DNA from: a virus
Taxonomy: Duplodnaviria; Caudoviricetes
Strand: one strand, 5' to 3'
Virus record (IMG/VR): IMGVR_UViG_3300048823_000117
Coordinates: 1-50,356 of that record
Length of the DNA: 50,356 nucleotides
How positions within the stretch are numbered: the first letter of the stretch is position 1; each line of letters opens with the position of its first letter. Shown here piece by piece: positions 8,523-18,478 of this stretch. The notes beneath the pieces were generated by a model. The model was given only the letters and a program-made list of their open reading frames with translations. It was not told where the DNA came from and ran no database searches. The translations under genes and the position numbers were made by a program.

Positions 8523-10063
8523 GGCTGGTCCGCCGGCTGGGGGTCGTCTTCCTGCGCAGCTTCGCTCCCACGAATCGCCGACCCACGAGCGACTCGTTTC
8601 ACGAGCGCCTTAGTCTTCGGCATTCCGCGAACGATCTTACCCTGAACGACTTTCGTCCCAAGGGCAGCCCTTACCGCTGGCCGAGCTATCGCCATTCCAG
8701 TTGCAATAGGATGACTAGCTGCCAGGCCTGTCCCACCGATCAGGAAGTCCATCGCCGAGAACAAGCCCTCAGAGCCTTTCTTCTCCAGGTACTGAGCGTT
8801 CCTTGGAAAGTGCTTCGCCGTGTCGGCGATTACCTTCATCCCACCAGTCATCTTAATCCCGGCCTCTTGTGCCGCTGCGACGACCTGTGCCATGACGTGT
8901 CCGCCTGGGCCGAGAGAGTCGTCAACTGTAGCGATCTTAGCGAGTTGTTCTCGGGCCTGTACATAGTCCTTATACACATCGGGCGGCACAACCCCTTGTT
9001 TCGCAAGCACTCCAGCTCGACGGTCCAGTCGTGCGTCAAGGGCATCGGCTAGCTGTCGTTGTACCATCCCTAAAGCGTTATTTTCTGGGTGCCGAATCTT
9101 TAGATTCAGCTTAGAGTCATGTCTTAACGCTCTAATCTCGTCAATGGTTTCCTGCGCAGTAACAGTACCACTATTCAAGTAATGTGACTTTTCATCTTCA
9201 ATTGACTTGTATCTGTACTTCCCGCCATACCCAGATGAACGCTGTGCGAACCTGCCACCAGTGGCTTTGACGGCTGCGTCGTATAGGGGGTCAGGTGGTA
9301 AATTGCCAATCGCTGCCAGACGATCATAGCCAGTGTTCGCGCCCTTACGCAGCAAGTCCAGATTATGATCGTTCAGCTCATCATCTGGGTGCAGGCCGAT
9401 TGAGGTCTTCGCCAGTCGGTCGTAAACGGGCTGATTCAGATCCGACAGGTACTTGTCAGTTTTTGCCCCGCCGACAGCACCTTGAACAGCCTTCGACACA
9501 CGCCCGCCGACGTAGCTCGGCGAGAGCATGATCCCGGCGTTGTGGGCTTGTTCCGCAGCCTGAGACGTCACAAGTGTTAATCCCTGGTGCGGCGTATGTC
9601 CGACGAACTTCTGTGAGAGTTTCTTCCCCACAGCCTTAACCGCGTCCTCAACCAGCCGACCACCTACTTTCCCAGCCGCCTCACCGCCCGAGGCAACAAT
9701 CGCAGCAGCTTCTTCCGAGAACTTACCCAGTCCCGAGGTCGGCGCTCGGGTGTACTGGTCCAGCTTATTCAGCCAAAAGGTCGACGGTTGCTCAACGTCA
9801 GGTTCCTTCGGCAGTATGCCCGCCTTCGTTCCTGCGCTGCCGATCACGTTCGCGAGGGAAGTCGCCATGTCAGGAATGAAGGTTGCGGCGTAGATTCCTG
9901 CCTTCGCCACTGGTCGGACGATCGCCGAGCCCCAGTCCTTCGCCACGTCAGTCGCAGACTCCTTAGCCGCAGGTTTCTGCCCAGGATCTGGCACAAAGCT
10001 CCCGGCCGAGTTAGGATCCGCCTGGGGCGTAGCTGGTTGCGAAGTATCTGGAACAAATGGCAT
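8519..10063 (-). CDS. Internal virion/DNA ejection protein (large)
   Basis: Ala/Gly/Lys-rich helical protein at the end of the podovirus ejection block; likely start MPFVPD at 10063. Confidence 0.55.
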   Translation of the reverse strand: MPFVPDTSQPATPQADPNSAGSFVPDPGQKPAAKESATDVAKDWGSAIVRPVAKAGIYAATFIPDMATSLANVIGSAGTKAGILPKEPDVEQPSTFWLNKLDQYTRAPTSGLGKFSEEAAAIVASGGEAAGKVGGRLVEDAVKAVGKKLSQKFVGHTPHQGLTLVTSQAAEQAHNAGIMLSPSYVGGRVSKAVQGAVGGAKTDKYLSDLNQPVYDRLAKTSIGLHPDDELNDHNLDLLRKGANTGYDRLAAIGNLPPDPLYDAAVKATGGRFAQRSSGYGGKYRYKSIEDEKSHYLNSGTVTAQETIDEIRALRHDSKLNLKIRHPENNALGMVQRQLADALDARLDRRAGVLAKQGVVPPDVYKDYVQAREQLAKIATVDDSLGPGGHVMAQVVAAAQEAGIKMTGGMKVIADTAKHFPRNAQYLEKKGSEGLFSAMDFLIGGTGLAASHPIATGMAIARPAVRAALGTKVVQGKIVRGMPKTKALVKRVARGSAIRGSEAAQEDDPQPADQP

Positions 10064-10064
10064 G

Positions 10065-11516
10065 TTAGTTCTTCCAGGTTCCTGATACACCATTAATGGT
10101 TATCTTATCACCGTCCTGTAGCTTGCCCGCCTTGGCAGCGGCCTGTGCCATTGCTTGACTGGTGAATACCTTCGGTGCTCCAGCGTTCAGCGCTTCCTGG
10201 ATCGTCTTCCCCGCTTTCAGCGCATCCATCACAGTCTTGTTTCCCTTCTGCACCGCGTCGATCACTTTGCGTGAAGCGCCGACGGCCGCCTGCAACTCAG
10301 GATAGCTCATAGTGTCGGGTAGCGAAGCAGTCGCCTGTTCTCGAGCATGGTCGGTGGTCTGTCCCGACCGCGAAAGAACCGTCGCGAGATCAGCTCGAGT
10401 ATCCTCAAGCGTCGTAGCATAGGCCTGAATCGTCGGATTGGCGTAGACGTGCTTCTGCAGAGCCGTTCGTACCTGCGAAGCCGTCTTCGAATCACCGAAG
10501 TTAACTTGCTTAGCCGCCGCGTCAAGCTGCTCAAACAGACCACCCGACTCGGTCAGAGCTGCCTGCGCCGACTCAATGTTACCCTCTCTACGAGCCACTA
10601 CTCCAGCCTCGGTCAGGTCGCCCTTCATGCCAATATACCCAGACTTCATATCCGCGACAATTTCCTCTGGCGTTCGATCAGGATTATTCTTAATCGCGTC
10701 AGCGAAGAACTGATTCCTCGCCGCCAGCGACCGAGTGCCCAAGGGCAGAGGAATCTGATCCTTCGCAACGAGGAACCGCAATTGGCTTAACTTATCCCCC
10801 GTCGAATCACCCTCAGCATCCTCGTCAAACGCACCAGTCTTCTGCAGGTACTTCTCCCGAGTCTTATCCAGGTTAATCTGTTCCTCCTTCACCCGCTGGT
10901 CAACCTCCTGCGTCTTGGTCTCAGCGTTAGCCTTCAGCGCGTTCGCCTCGTCCAGCTTCGCCTGGGCCTTCGTCTTCAGATGTTCCAGGAACTCTGGCAT
11001 GACCTTGACTTTGTTAGGATCGTAGGCGCTAGTTAGAAGGCTCTTAATCGTTGGATTCTTCATCATCTCAGGCGGGAGTTCTCCTTGCACAACTATCTGC
11101 GCCGCATGCCATTCCTCAGGAGTCGTCACTCCAGCGAAGGTCTTGTTCGCCAAGTCGATGTAGCTCAGTGCATCATTCGCCTGCTTCGACATGATATCCG
11201 ACTGAGTCTTAGCCGTATCGTTAGCCATCTTCGAAATCTGCGCTGCCTGTTCAGGGAACCCGTCGGAGAGATAAGTGTTGGCCAGCTTCGTCAGCGCGTC
11301 GGTATGCTCGGTCGGATCCTTGGAGTTAATCCCGTCGAACTGCCCCGAGGCTAAGCTCCCCTGGAGCTTCGTCATGTTGTCCAGTTCCATTTGGCTCTGT
11401 TGTAACTTGACCTGCTTCTGCTTATTATCAATCTCCCCCGTTTGCAGAGACTGATATAACTGAAGGGCATCCGCCACTCCCCCAGCACCGAAACCTAATT
11501 CTGAACCTTCAGCCAT
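10065..11516 (-). CDS. Internal virion/DNA ejection protein
   Basis: Gln/Ala-rich helical 483-aa protein following the gp7-like gene. Confidence 0.55.
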   Translation of the reverse strand: MAEGSELGFGAGGVADALQLYQSLQTGEIDNKQKQVKLQQSQMELDNMTKLQGSLASGQFDGINSKDPTEHTDALTKLANTYLSDGFPEQAAQISKMANDTAKTQSDIMSKQANDALSYIDLANKTFAGVTTPEEWHAAQIVVQGELPPEMMKNPTIKSLLTSAYDPNKVKVMPEFLEHLKTKAQAKLDEANALKANAETKTQEVDQRVKEEQINLDKTREKYLQKTGAFDEDAEGDSTGDKLSQLRFLVAKDQIPLPLGTRSLAARNQFFADAIKNNPDRTPEEIVADMKSGYIGMKGDLTEAGVVARREGNIESAQAALTESGGLFEQLDAAAKQVNFGDSKTASQVRTALQKHVYANPTIQAYATTLEDTRADLATVLSRSGQTTDHAREQATASLPDTMSYPELQAAVGASRKVIDAVQKGNKTVMDALKAGKTIQEALNAGAPKVFTSQAMAQAAAKAGKLQDGDKITINGVSGTWKN

Positions 11517-11523
11517 AAATGCC

Positions 11524-12135
11524 TCAGTTAAAGACGAACTGGTTTTGGTCGATGGGCTGGTTCGCAGGCGCGCCGGTCACGTTAATCGAACCAGCAGGTG
11601 TACTCGCCGGCGCCCCGGTCTGCCCCTTCTGGTACCCCAGCATGCCGTAGAAGCCGAGGCTATTCAGCAAGCTGCTAATCGTACTGGTCGCTTGCCCTGT
11701 CGCTCCAGTCGCAGCATTAATACTCGACGCAGGTGAACTTGGCGCCGTTACGCCAGACAACGCCGAGAGCAACTGCGTCTGTTGGCCGTAGAACGAACTC
11801 GCCAGCCCCTGGCCGAACGACGTCAGCGCTGCTCCCTCGTTCCCACTCCCGGCAAACCCCCCTGCAGCCATCTGATCGGCCACCGCAGCTGCTCCAGTCT
11901 GCTCTTGAAACTGAAACCCAGGCAGTTGCCCCACACTCGACGGATTCGCGATAAGCGTCTTCAGCAGGTTATTGTAATATCCCTGCTCCCCTGCAGTGTT
12001 CTGCGCCAGGCTAAGCGCAGAGCTTGCCTCCGACCCAGACTGGCTCGCCTCGTATCCTCCAATAGCCAGACTCCCGGCGGCCGCCACCGCAGTCAACCCG
12101 GCCGTCAGACCTATCCCTGTTACTAAGCCAACCAT
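11524..12135 (-). CDS. DNA ejection/pilot protein (P22 gp7-like)
   Basis: Gly/Ala-rich hydrophobic N-terminus; PGFQFQ..G..A....AAGG..GSG...AL..FGQGLAS motif. Confidence 0.7.
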   Translation of the reverse strand: MVGLVTGIGLTAGLTAVAAAGSLAIGGYEASQSGSEASSALSLAQNTAGEQGYYNNLLKTLIANPSSVGQLPGFQFQEQTGAAAVADQMAAGGFAGSGNEGAALTSFGQGLASSFYGQQTQLLSALSGVTAPSSPASSINAATGATGQATSTISSLLNSLGFYGMLGYQKGQTGAPASTPAGSINVTGAPANQPIDQNQFVFN

Positions 12136-12581
12136 AGCTGCTCCTGGACACCTTGCCCTCGCATCAGCAGCGGCGCAACCGGCTCGAAGAACTCATCTTC
12201 AAGTTCTTCTATATCACGAATCTCGTTCGGATTAGCGTGAATGCTGCAAGCGGTTATCGGGGTCAAGGTGTGAATCACTGTTTGAAACCCAGGGACCGTC
12301 ATAAGACGGTCGATGGCGTTATGAACTGTAGTGCCCTTTTCAGTGATCAGCTCAGTTCGGCCACGGAGTAGCTCTACCAAGTGCCCCTTCTTATGGACTC
12401 GGCCGATGAAGATGAAGTCGGCCGGCAGGTCGAATTCGCGAACATAGCGCCCAGGATGAAAGATGTGGCGAACCTCGAAGTCTTCCACTTGATAGCCGCC
12501 GACCTGACGAATCTTCCACGCCAAGTAAGCGATCTTATCCTTCCAACTCAGCTCAGGTTGGAGCGGTGTACTGAGTGACAA
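12123..12581 (-). CDS. Cupin-like phage protein
   Basis: VRHIFHPGRYVREFDLPA..IGRVHKKGH..SIHAN pattern. Confidence 0.6.
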   Translation of the reverse strand: MSLSTPLQPELSWKDKIAYLAWKIRQVGGYQVEDFEVRHIFHPGRYVREFDLPADFIFIGRVHKKGHLVELLRGRTELITEKGTTVHNAIDRLMTVPGFQTVIHTLTPITACSIHANPNEIRDIEELEDEFFEPVAPLLMRGQGVQEQLWLA

Positions 12582-12789
12582 TTCCGTTTACCACCGTGAT
12601 CGAGCCATTTGTACCGCCGGTAGTTAACTTAACCAGCACCACCGTAGTCGAGATTCCTGGTGCCAGTACCCCCTTAACCTGCCGCATCCACTGCTTCATC
12701 CAAGTACTGGCCTTGCCTGTTAGCGGATTCACGACCACCGACTGATCCGACGGTGCAGTCGAGATCGGATTCCTCGTCGGGCTAGCCAT
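12553..12789 (-). CDS. Small virion/tail-associated hypothetical protein
   Basis: Overlap-coupled; C-terminal GSITVVNGIVT beta motif. Confidence 0.55.
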   Translation of the reverse strand: MASPTRNPISTAPSDQSVVVNPLTGKASTWMKQWMRQVKGVLAPGISTTVVLVKLTTGGTNGSITVVNGIVTQYTAPT

Positions 12790-13015
12790 TCAGCTTCGCC
12801 CCAGTCGCTGGATCGATCATCGCCTGACGGCTATCAACCAGCCGCTGTTTCGCCGCGATAAACGCTGCCTGAGGGTCCCTGCCAGCTGCCGGGATGTGGA
12901 TGGCAATCTTCTCCAGCAGGCTCTGCGCCTCTTGCTGAACCGCCGGCAGGTCCTTGGCAGCCGTCAGGAGCCCATTAACGATGTTCAGTATCAGTACGAC
13001 TGTCGTGAGTGGCAT
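12782..13015 (-). CDS. Hypothetical protein (hydrophobic N-terminus)
   Basis: 77 aa, coupled to both neighbours. Confidence 0.55.
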   Translation of the reverse strand: MPLTTVVLILNIVNGLLTAAKDLPAVQQEAQSLLEKIAIHIPAAGRDPQAAFIAAKQRLVDSRQAMIDPATGAKLNG

Positions 13016-14619
13016 TAGATTGTCCCTATGTCGAGTTGAAGATCAGAGGCCTTAATCCTAAACGGCGTTGGCGCTGTATGGCGGAGGTTAAGCGCTCGCT
13101 TGGTAAACGACCCGCAGCGGGTTAGACTCGGTCGGTTGACCGACAGCGACACCGCCCTGAACGGCGACCAGCTGCGGTAGTCGTTGTCCGACTTCCGAAC
13201 AAACATCTTACTACCAGATACCTGATCGTTCTGGAAATACATCGCGTTGAGTTGCTTCCTGCGCTTCGTCCCAGCGTCCCAGCTCGGCGTGTAGATATCC
13301 ACCTGGGCGGGAGTCCCGGCGTCGGTCGGATAGACTTGATCGATGTCCATCACGTAGAACTGGCCGGAGGAAATGTCCTGGCAGTAGACTCCTGGGCCGA
13401 CGAACGGATCGTCACTCCCGTGGCCTGAGACTCCTGTAACGGACCAATACGACAGCCCTGGGCTCATCCACAGGTACCACATCTGCTGGTCGAGATCGTA
13501 GGCGAGGGTGAACGGGAGGCAGTCGGTTAGTACCTGAAGAGCGGTGATTACATAGAACCTATGCCCACCACGCTTAATCCCAGCTGAATAGATGATGTTA
13601 GCAGGGACACTCGGCTGGGCGGAGAAGACAGCCATTTGCAGCTGCTGGAGCAATCGCTCGACCGCCGGCGTTGAGACAACGCTCACTTGTAACCCGTCCA
13701 TGCGGGCAATTTGGGGGGTGGTCTTGTCGTTGTTAGTTAGCCAGAGGAGCGACTGGTCGATCAACTGAACCGACCCGGCGTTCGCACAGCCATAGTTGGC
13801 ATCCGCCCCTTCGACCCAGGCCAGGTTACTCCCCACACCGGCGGTGTTCGCCGCTGCCCCAGCGTCGTAGAAGCAGCGTAGGCTGGTTGACTTCAGCGCT
13901 ATTACATATTCAAGTTGCTGCACCAGGCAAACGGGCAGGTCCGACCGGCCGCCAGCTTCGATCACCGTAGTCGCTGTCCAAGACCCAACCGAGTTGTTAT
14001 CCGATCCCCAGATATTCCCTTGCTGGTCCATCACGTACAGAACGCCGTCGAGGAACACGCAGCCGTCGACTAAGGGAACTGTCCAAGGGACAGTCGTCGC
14101 GAAATCGAGCACGCTCTTATAATACGGTGGGCCGAGAAACAGTACTGCTCCCCAAAGGTTACCATTCGCGCACCAGAACAGATACGGTAAGGTATTGCTC
14201 TCGGTGACTTGAATAAAATTAGCCACCCGACCGGGTACCCAGGGCTGAGCGTTCGTGCCCATATAAGGGACGTTGACGAACCCTGACGGGCTGTACGAGA
14301 ACACCAAGAGGCCGAAAATCGTTAGCGCAAGTGGCGTTGCCGCTCCAGCCGCGTAGCCAAGGCCAACCCCGCCGGCCTGACCGCCGACTGGGTTGCGCAG
14401 TGACTTCAGTCCGAATCGCTTCTCCACCCAGTACTGACCGTCCTCAGGATCAAGTTCAGCGTAGCCGTTAATGATCACCGAGTCGGAGACTGGCGACCGA
14501 ATGGAAGGATCCGTCAGTGCAACGGTACTCGACCTGAACCCAGGCTTACTTGCCAGCGGAAACCTCTTCGGCACTCGAACGCTCGGCGCTTGACTAACCT
14601 GCTCGCCAGGGGTGCTCAT
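13015..14619 (-). CDS. Tail hub / packaged-DNA stabilization protein (P22 gp10-like)
   Basis: YGCANAGSVQLIDQSLLWL, VSTPAVERLL, GHRFYVI, TLAYDL..WY.W, SDNDY..WS..R, RCGSF..R. Confidence 0.8.
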   Translation of the reverse strand: MSTPGEQVSQAPSVRVPKRFPLASKPGFRSSTVALTDPSIRSPVSDSVIINGYAELDPEDGQYWVEKRFGLKSLRNPVGGQAGGVGLGYAAGAATPLALTIFGLLVFSYSPSGFVNVPYMGTNAQPWVPGRVANFIQVTESNTLPYLFWCANGNLWGAVLFLGPPYYKSVLDFATTVPWTVPLVDGCVFLDGVLYVMDQQGNIWGSDNNSVGSWTATTVIEAGGRSDLPVCLVQQLEYVIALKSTSLRCFYDAGAAANTAGVGSNLAWVEGADANYGCANAGSVQLIDQSLLWLTNNDKTTPQIARMDGLQVSVVSTPAVERLLQQLQMAVFSAQPSVPANIIYSAGIKRGGHRFYVITALQVLTDCLPFTLAYDLDQQMWYLWMSPGLSYWSVTGVSGHGSDDPFVGPGVYCQDISSGQFYVMDIDQVYPTDAGTPAQVDIYTPSWDAGTKRRKQLNAMYFQNDQVSGSKMFVRKSDNDYRSWSPFRAVSLSVNRPSLTRCGSFTKRALNLRHTAPTPFRIKASDLQLDIGTI

Positions 14620-15491
14620 CAGGCAAACCGCCGGGTGGTCATGAAGTTCCTCGGATCAGCTTGGATGTACGTCGAAGTATCTTCAACGTCGAAGTCCATC
14701 AGCTTCTCATGATAGCTATCCCGCATAGATTCGTTCTTCGCCTGGATAGCCATCGGCTGCCCTTGGTCGATCTCGCACGCCAGGGCCCAGTGCATCCACT
14801 GGAACCATTCGATCGGGAAGTTCATCTGGTCGGTGATCGAGATCGCTTGATTGACCTGGACCTGAGTCGTGAAGGTGACCGTCGCTTGCGACGTGAACGC
14901 ATCTGGGTTGAGCCATAACCAAAGGTTCAGATAGAACTGCTGCTTGTCTGCGAAGAAGCTATTCGTTAACCCGCCGGCGTTCAACACACCCAAGTTGTTC
15001 CACTCGTCCCTCGAGAGCTGGTAAAGTGGGAACCGATTCTGGATGTTCGACAGAGCAGCTCCGCCCCCACTGGTTGTAATTGACAGTCCAGAGTCGGTCT
15101 GAATAGTGATTCCAGCGTCGGTTTGAATCACATTCCCTGCGGTGGTTGTAGGGAAAGTAAAGTATCCAGCGATGATCCTCGTCGGCCGGGGCATCTGGAT
15201 ATCGCCGCCAGGACCCCAAGAATAACGCTGCTGGCCGAGGACTGGAATAAAGGAAATGTCTTCCTGGAGGAACAACTTCAGCCCCTGGGTCTGCTCGAAG
15301 TTGATCATCATATTCAGCCGACCGAGGTACTGACGATAGTCCTCCGAGTCAGGCTCGTCCATCTTGTCCAGCAACCCAGCATCTCGCATCGCGAGTTCAA
15401 CGGCGTACGACGCGCTCTGCGCAAACGGGTCGCCAGTCCCTGGCGGCTGTGGAACTGGATTCGGCGGATTCGGAACTGGTAGTTGGCTCAT
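14619..15491 (-). CDS. Head-tail adaptor (P22 gp4 / tail tubular A-like)
   Basis: AMRDAGLL..EPDSED..LNMMI, RPTRII, FPIEWFQWMHWALACEI; lies before the gp10-like gene; has an insertion with IQTDxG repeats. Confidence 0.7.
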   Translation of the reverse strand: MSQLPVPNPPNPVPQPPGTGDPFAQSASYAVELAMRDAGLLDKMDEPDSEDYRQYLGRLNMMINFEQTQGLKLFLQEDISFIPVLGQQRYSWGPGGDIQMPRPTRIIAGYFTFPTTTAGNVIQTDAGITIQTDSGLSITTSGGGAALSNIQNRFPLYQLSRDEWNNLGVLNAGGLTNSFFADKQQFYLNLWLWLNPDAFTSQATVTFTTQVQVNQAISITDQMNFPIEWFQWMHWALACEIDQGQPMAIQAKNESMRDSYHEKLMDFDVEDTSTYIQADPRNFMTTRRFA

Positions 15492-15889
15492 CTTTCCAGC
15501 ACCTTGTCGAACTCAAGTTGAAACCAGAACCACTTCGCATCGACGACACCAAACGGCTCGAGGTACAACTTGCCCTTCCACCCATCCAGTGGCATATCCC
15601 TGTCGAACCGAATGAAGTTCCTAGACTCCATAATCAACAGCAAAGACTCGGGCTTTCGTTCCTGGTTCGTCCAGACGTAAAACCCGAGTTTCTCTTGCAG
15701 GGTCCAAAGGGCGCTTACCAAGGATAGCGTCCGCAAGGTCTTGCCGTGCGGATCGACAGCCAGGCTCTTCGTATCAAAGATCTCAACCAAAGGGTAAGCA
15801 GCTCCCCCATTGACCGGCTCTACACTCCCTCTAACCCAGATCCCGACGTTCTTGCTCGCGTCGCCCAGGAGCTTAACGTGAAGGTCCAC
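15488..15889 (-). CDS. Hypothetical virion-module protein
   Basis: 133-aa ORF coupled within the structural operon. Confidence 0.6.
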   Translation of the reverse strand: MDLHVKLLGDASKNVGIWVRGSVEPVNGGAAYPLVEIFDTKSLAVDPHGKTLRTLSLVSALWTLQEKLGFYVWTNQERKPESLLLIMESRNFIRFDRDMPLDGWKGKLYLEPFGVVDAKWFWFQLEFDKVLER

Positions 15890-15890
15890 G

Positions 15891-16718
15891 TTATCGCTCC
15901 TGCTTAGCGCCTACGAAGTCGAGCGTGAGCGTCTGAGCCGCCCCTGTTGAGGTAATAACTCCAACGGTATTGCTCAGATTCGCCGACGGCAAGGTATAGC
16001 CGCTGGCGACGGTCGTCGGCTGGTTGCCCGAATACAGCTTACCAGTCGGGCACAGAACCGGCAAAGTTGGTACTCCACTCGTCGAAACAGCTGACGTACC
16101 GCTCTGTGGGATCCAACCGAACAGCTGTACCCCGATCGAATACTGCACGTTGCCGTACTGATCGACGTAGAACGCAACGTCGAACTCGGTCGCGGCAGTC
16201 GGCACAAACGATAGAGCCGTTGCGAGGTTAGTACTGCTTGCACTGACGTTGATGCTCAACGGATTCGAGCCGATCGCCCCGGCGACCTTCGAGAACCAAA
16301 TGCCGTCGGTGATCTGGCCTGCGGTAAATGGCGTCGTGGTCGAGTTAACCACCCCGGCGATGAACCCGCTGTTCAACGAAGCGAGCATCAACCTCGCACC
16401 GAAGAAGAACTTCTTCCCTGCGTTTGTTCCCTGGGGAATAACCAGGTTCGCAACAGCCCGCTGGATCGAGGCGTAGTTAGTCGCAACTACTCCGGTGGTG
16501 AACAGGAGGAGCCCCCCTCCACCAGCGGTCAGGGCAATGGTACCGCCGTTGTTCTCGGTCGCTGTCCACGCAGCAGTTGGTAGACAGTTGAAATCATCTG
16601 CATCGGTCTGATAGAAGAAATCGTCCCCGGCGCCACAGTCGGCCCAGGGGCCATACGGTGGCTGAGGCGTGTACCCAGACGGGTTCCGCTTTGGGACTTG
16701 GCTTGCGATCTTAGACAT
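15891..16718 (-). CDS. Putative capsid-associated/decoration protein (beta-rich)
   Basis: Directly after the MCP, strong GGAGG RBS, Thr/Gly/Ala beta-rich, ends LDFVGAKQER. Confidence 0.55.
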   Translation of the reverse strand: MSKIASQVPKRNPSGYTPQPPYGPWADCGAGDDFFYQTDADDFNCLPTAAWTATENNGGTIALTAGGGGLLLFTTGVVATNYASIQRAVANLVIPQGTNAGKKFFFGARLMLASLNSGFIAGVVNSTTTPFTAGQITDGIWFSKVAGAIGSNPLSINVSASSTNLATALSFVPTAATEFDVAFYVDQYGNVQYSIGVQLFGWIPQSGTSAVSTSGVPTLPVLCPTGKLYSGNQPTTVASGYTLPSANLSNTVGVITSTGAAQTLTLDFVGAKQER

Positions 16719-16744
16719 GAATTTGCTCCAAGTTAGATTAGTAT

Positions 16745-16784
16745 AAACGATATCGGGTCACCGGCCGTAACCCGATACCATTAA
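16745..16784. promoter_or_regulatory. Conserved 40-bp dyad element, copy B (may double as terminator after the MCP)
   Basis: AAACGATATCGGGTCAC-CGGCC-GTAACCCGATACCATTAA; on the minus strand it is a stem followed by TTTAT. Confidence 0.7.
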
Positions 16785-16800
16785 CTACCAGCCACTCTCA

Positions 16801-17724
16801 TCAAGGTCCCTGACTACCATAAATCCCGCGCGGCTCGGTATTACCGAACGAGACACGGAAGTACGTCGAGGCCAAGGCGTTCTTCGTCGCGAAGTCGTTG
16901 TCTTGGTCGAAGATCGGCTTATCTCGCCAGAACATCATCATGCCATGCTCAGCGTTCGTGCGGGTGAACCAGCTATCGGGGGCCGACAGGTAATGGTTCA
17001 TCTTGATGCCTTCCGGAAAGGCGTTCGTTGCCTTGAGCACGTTGATGTCGTTATTGTCGGTACCCGGCTGCATCACCGACTTCAGCAACCGGTTCGCGTT
17101 GAACCACTGCTGCCAGGCGATGATCAGCGACCTCGGCATGATCGAGATCTTGTTGCCTCGGTCGTCGGTCGCACCCATGATCAAGATGCACATGTCTTCG
17201 AGACTCGCCTCGAGGAGACCTGCCCCTGGGCTCAGTTCGTTCGAGAACGTCCCACCAGTCGTGTTCGGATTTGCCGTTGAGCAGAGGCTCTGTCCATTGG
17301 CGTTCTGATACACTGCCCCGGTAAAGGCGTCGTTATAGACCGCTACTGCGAGGGTCTCGAGGGTCTGCCGAATGCTAAACGCATTCGCTGCAGTTCGATT
17401 ACGCGCTACCTTCTCGTACAGGTTGTCGCGCAGCTCTTCGAACGTAACGATCCAGCCCAGAGCGTACGGGATGTGCAGATAGGTCTGCACCGGACCCTGG
17501 GTCTCGTAGTCGTAGGTTATGGGTCCGCCCTGGGACTTCCTCGGGGCTAGGCCAAAGGGCGTCACCTGGACGTCCTGTTCATAGGCCATATTCGAGGTTT
17601 CGTCCGAGAACAGATCCGGGTACTCTGGGGGGTGTTCAGAGTACTTCTGCCCCCAGATTCCGTGCACGCCCGGCCATAATAGCTTCGGATGTGCGCCTGT
17701 AGTAATTACTCCACCGACTGCCAT
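16801..17724 (-). CDS. Major capsid protein (HK97 fold, Mu gpT-like)
   Basis: ITTG..PKLLWPGV..WG..Y, YALGWIVTFEELRDNLY, GQSLCSTANP, NHYLSAPDSWF, RVSFG..PRGIYGSQG; AAGGAG RBS; follows scaffold. Confidence 0.9.
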   Translation of the reverse strand: MAVGGVITTGAHPKLLWPGVHGIWGQKYSEHPPEYPDLFSDETSNMAYEQDVQVTPFGLAPRKSQGGPITYDYETQGPVQTYLHIPYALGWIVTFEELRDNLYEKVARNRTAANAFSIRQTLETLAVAVYNDAFTGAVYQNANGQSLCSTANPNTTGGTFSNELSPGAGLLEASLEDMCILIMGATDDRGNKISIMPRSLIIAWQQWFNANRLLKSVMQPGTDNNDINVLKATNAFPEGIKMNHYLSAPDSWFTRTNAEHGMMMFWRDKPIFDQDNDFATKNALASTYFRVSFGNTEPRGIYGSQGP

Positions 17725-17736
17725 TTCATTTCTCCT

Positions 17737-18459
17737 TTAAGGTGCCGTGGTGCCGGCGCGAAGGAAGTGGTTGTTCAGACAAACCCACCACTTCTGCCCG
17801 CCGCCGCCAGTTGACGGTACGGTGGTAAAGCCGTTGTCGACCCGAGGCGCAAGCCGTAGGATCTTCAACGGGAAGGTTGCGGTCGTAGCTGGTGGGTTGG
17901 TGTCGTTGTCCAACTGTGTACCAGACTGCGCCGTAACGCCAATCGTGGCGGGATTCGCCACGATGACCTCTGCGTTCAGACCGACGGCTGTCTGGGTCAG
18001 ATTGGTCGTCGCACCGCCTTCCTGGATCTCGTAGATCACGAACGGATCGTCCAGGACGAACGCGTAGAAGTACACGCTCTGTGCGGCGGCCGGTCGGTAT
18101 GTCGCCCCGCCTGGACCGGCGTACGGATAGTTACTCGCCGCCCCGCCCAGCACGTTTGGGTTGATGAACTGCGATCCAGTCGGGTCGATACCAACCGCCT
18201 GGACCACACCCACGACTGGGTGGCCAGATCCTGCGACGTACTTCGTGATGATCGGCGTTCCTAGGGTATCACCCCCGGCGCCGAACGTGTTACCTGCACT
18301 AGTCCCGGAGGTGACTAAGTCACCCGGCCAGTAGCCCGACGTGTCCCCAGGTGCAATCGCGTATAGATTGCCCATTCCAGCGAAGCCGCCTACCGATGAA
18401 ATCAGAGAAGCGATCGCTGCCAGACCGGCGGGCTTGCTTGGGTTATTGAAAACACTCAT
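17737..18459 (-). CDS. Capsid decoration/cement-like protein
   Basis: GDLV..VVGVV..VLDDPFVIYEIQE..VGLNA..LKILRL..VCLNNH pattern typical of the gene preceding this MCP type. Confidence 0.65.
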   Translation of the reverse strand: MSVFNNPSKPAGLAAIASLISSVGGFAGMGNLYAIAPGDTSGYWPGDLVTSGTSAGNTFGAGGDTLGTPIITKYVAGSGHPVVGVVQAVGIDPTGSQFINPNVLGGAASNYPYAGPGGATYRPAAAQSVYFYAFVLDDPFVIYEIQEGGATTNLTQTAVGLNAEVIVANPATIGVTAQSGTQLDNDTNPPATTATFPLKILRLAPRVDNGFTTVPSTGGGGQKWWVCLNNHFLRAGTTAP

Positions 18460-18478
18460 AACAAACCTCGTTAGTTGA

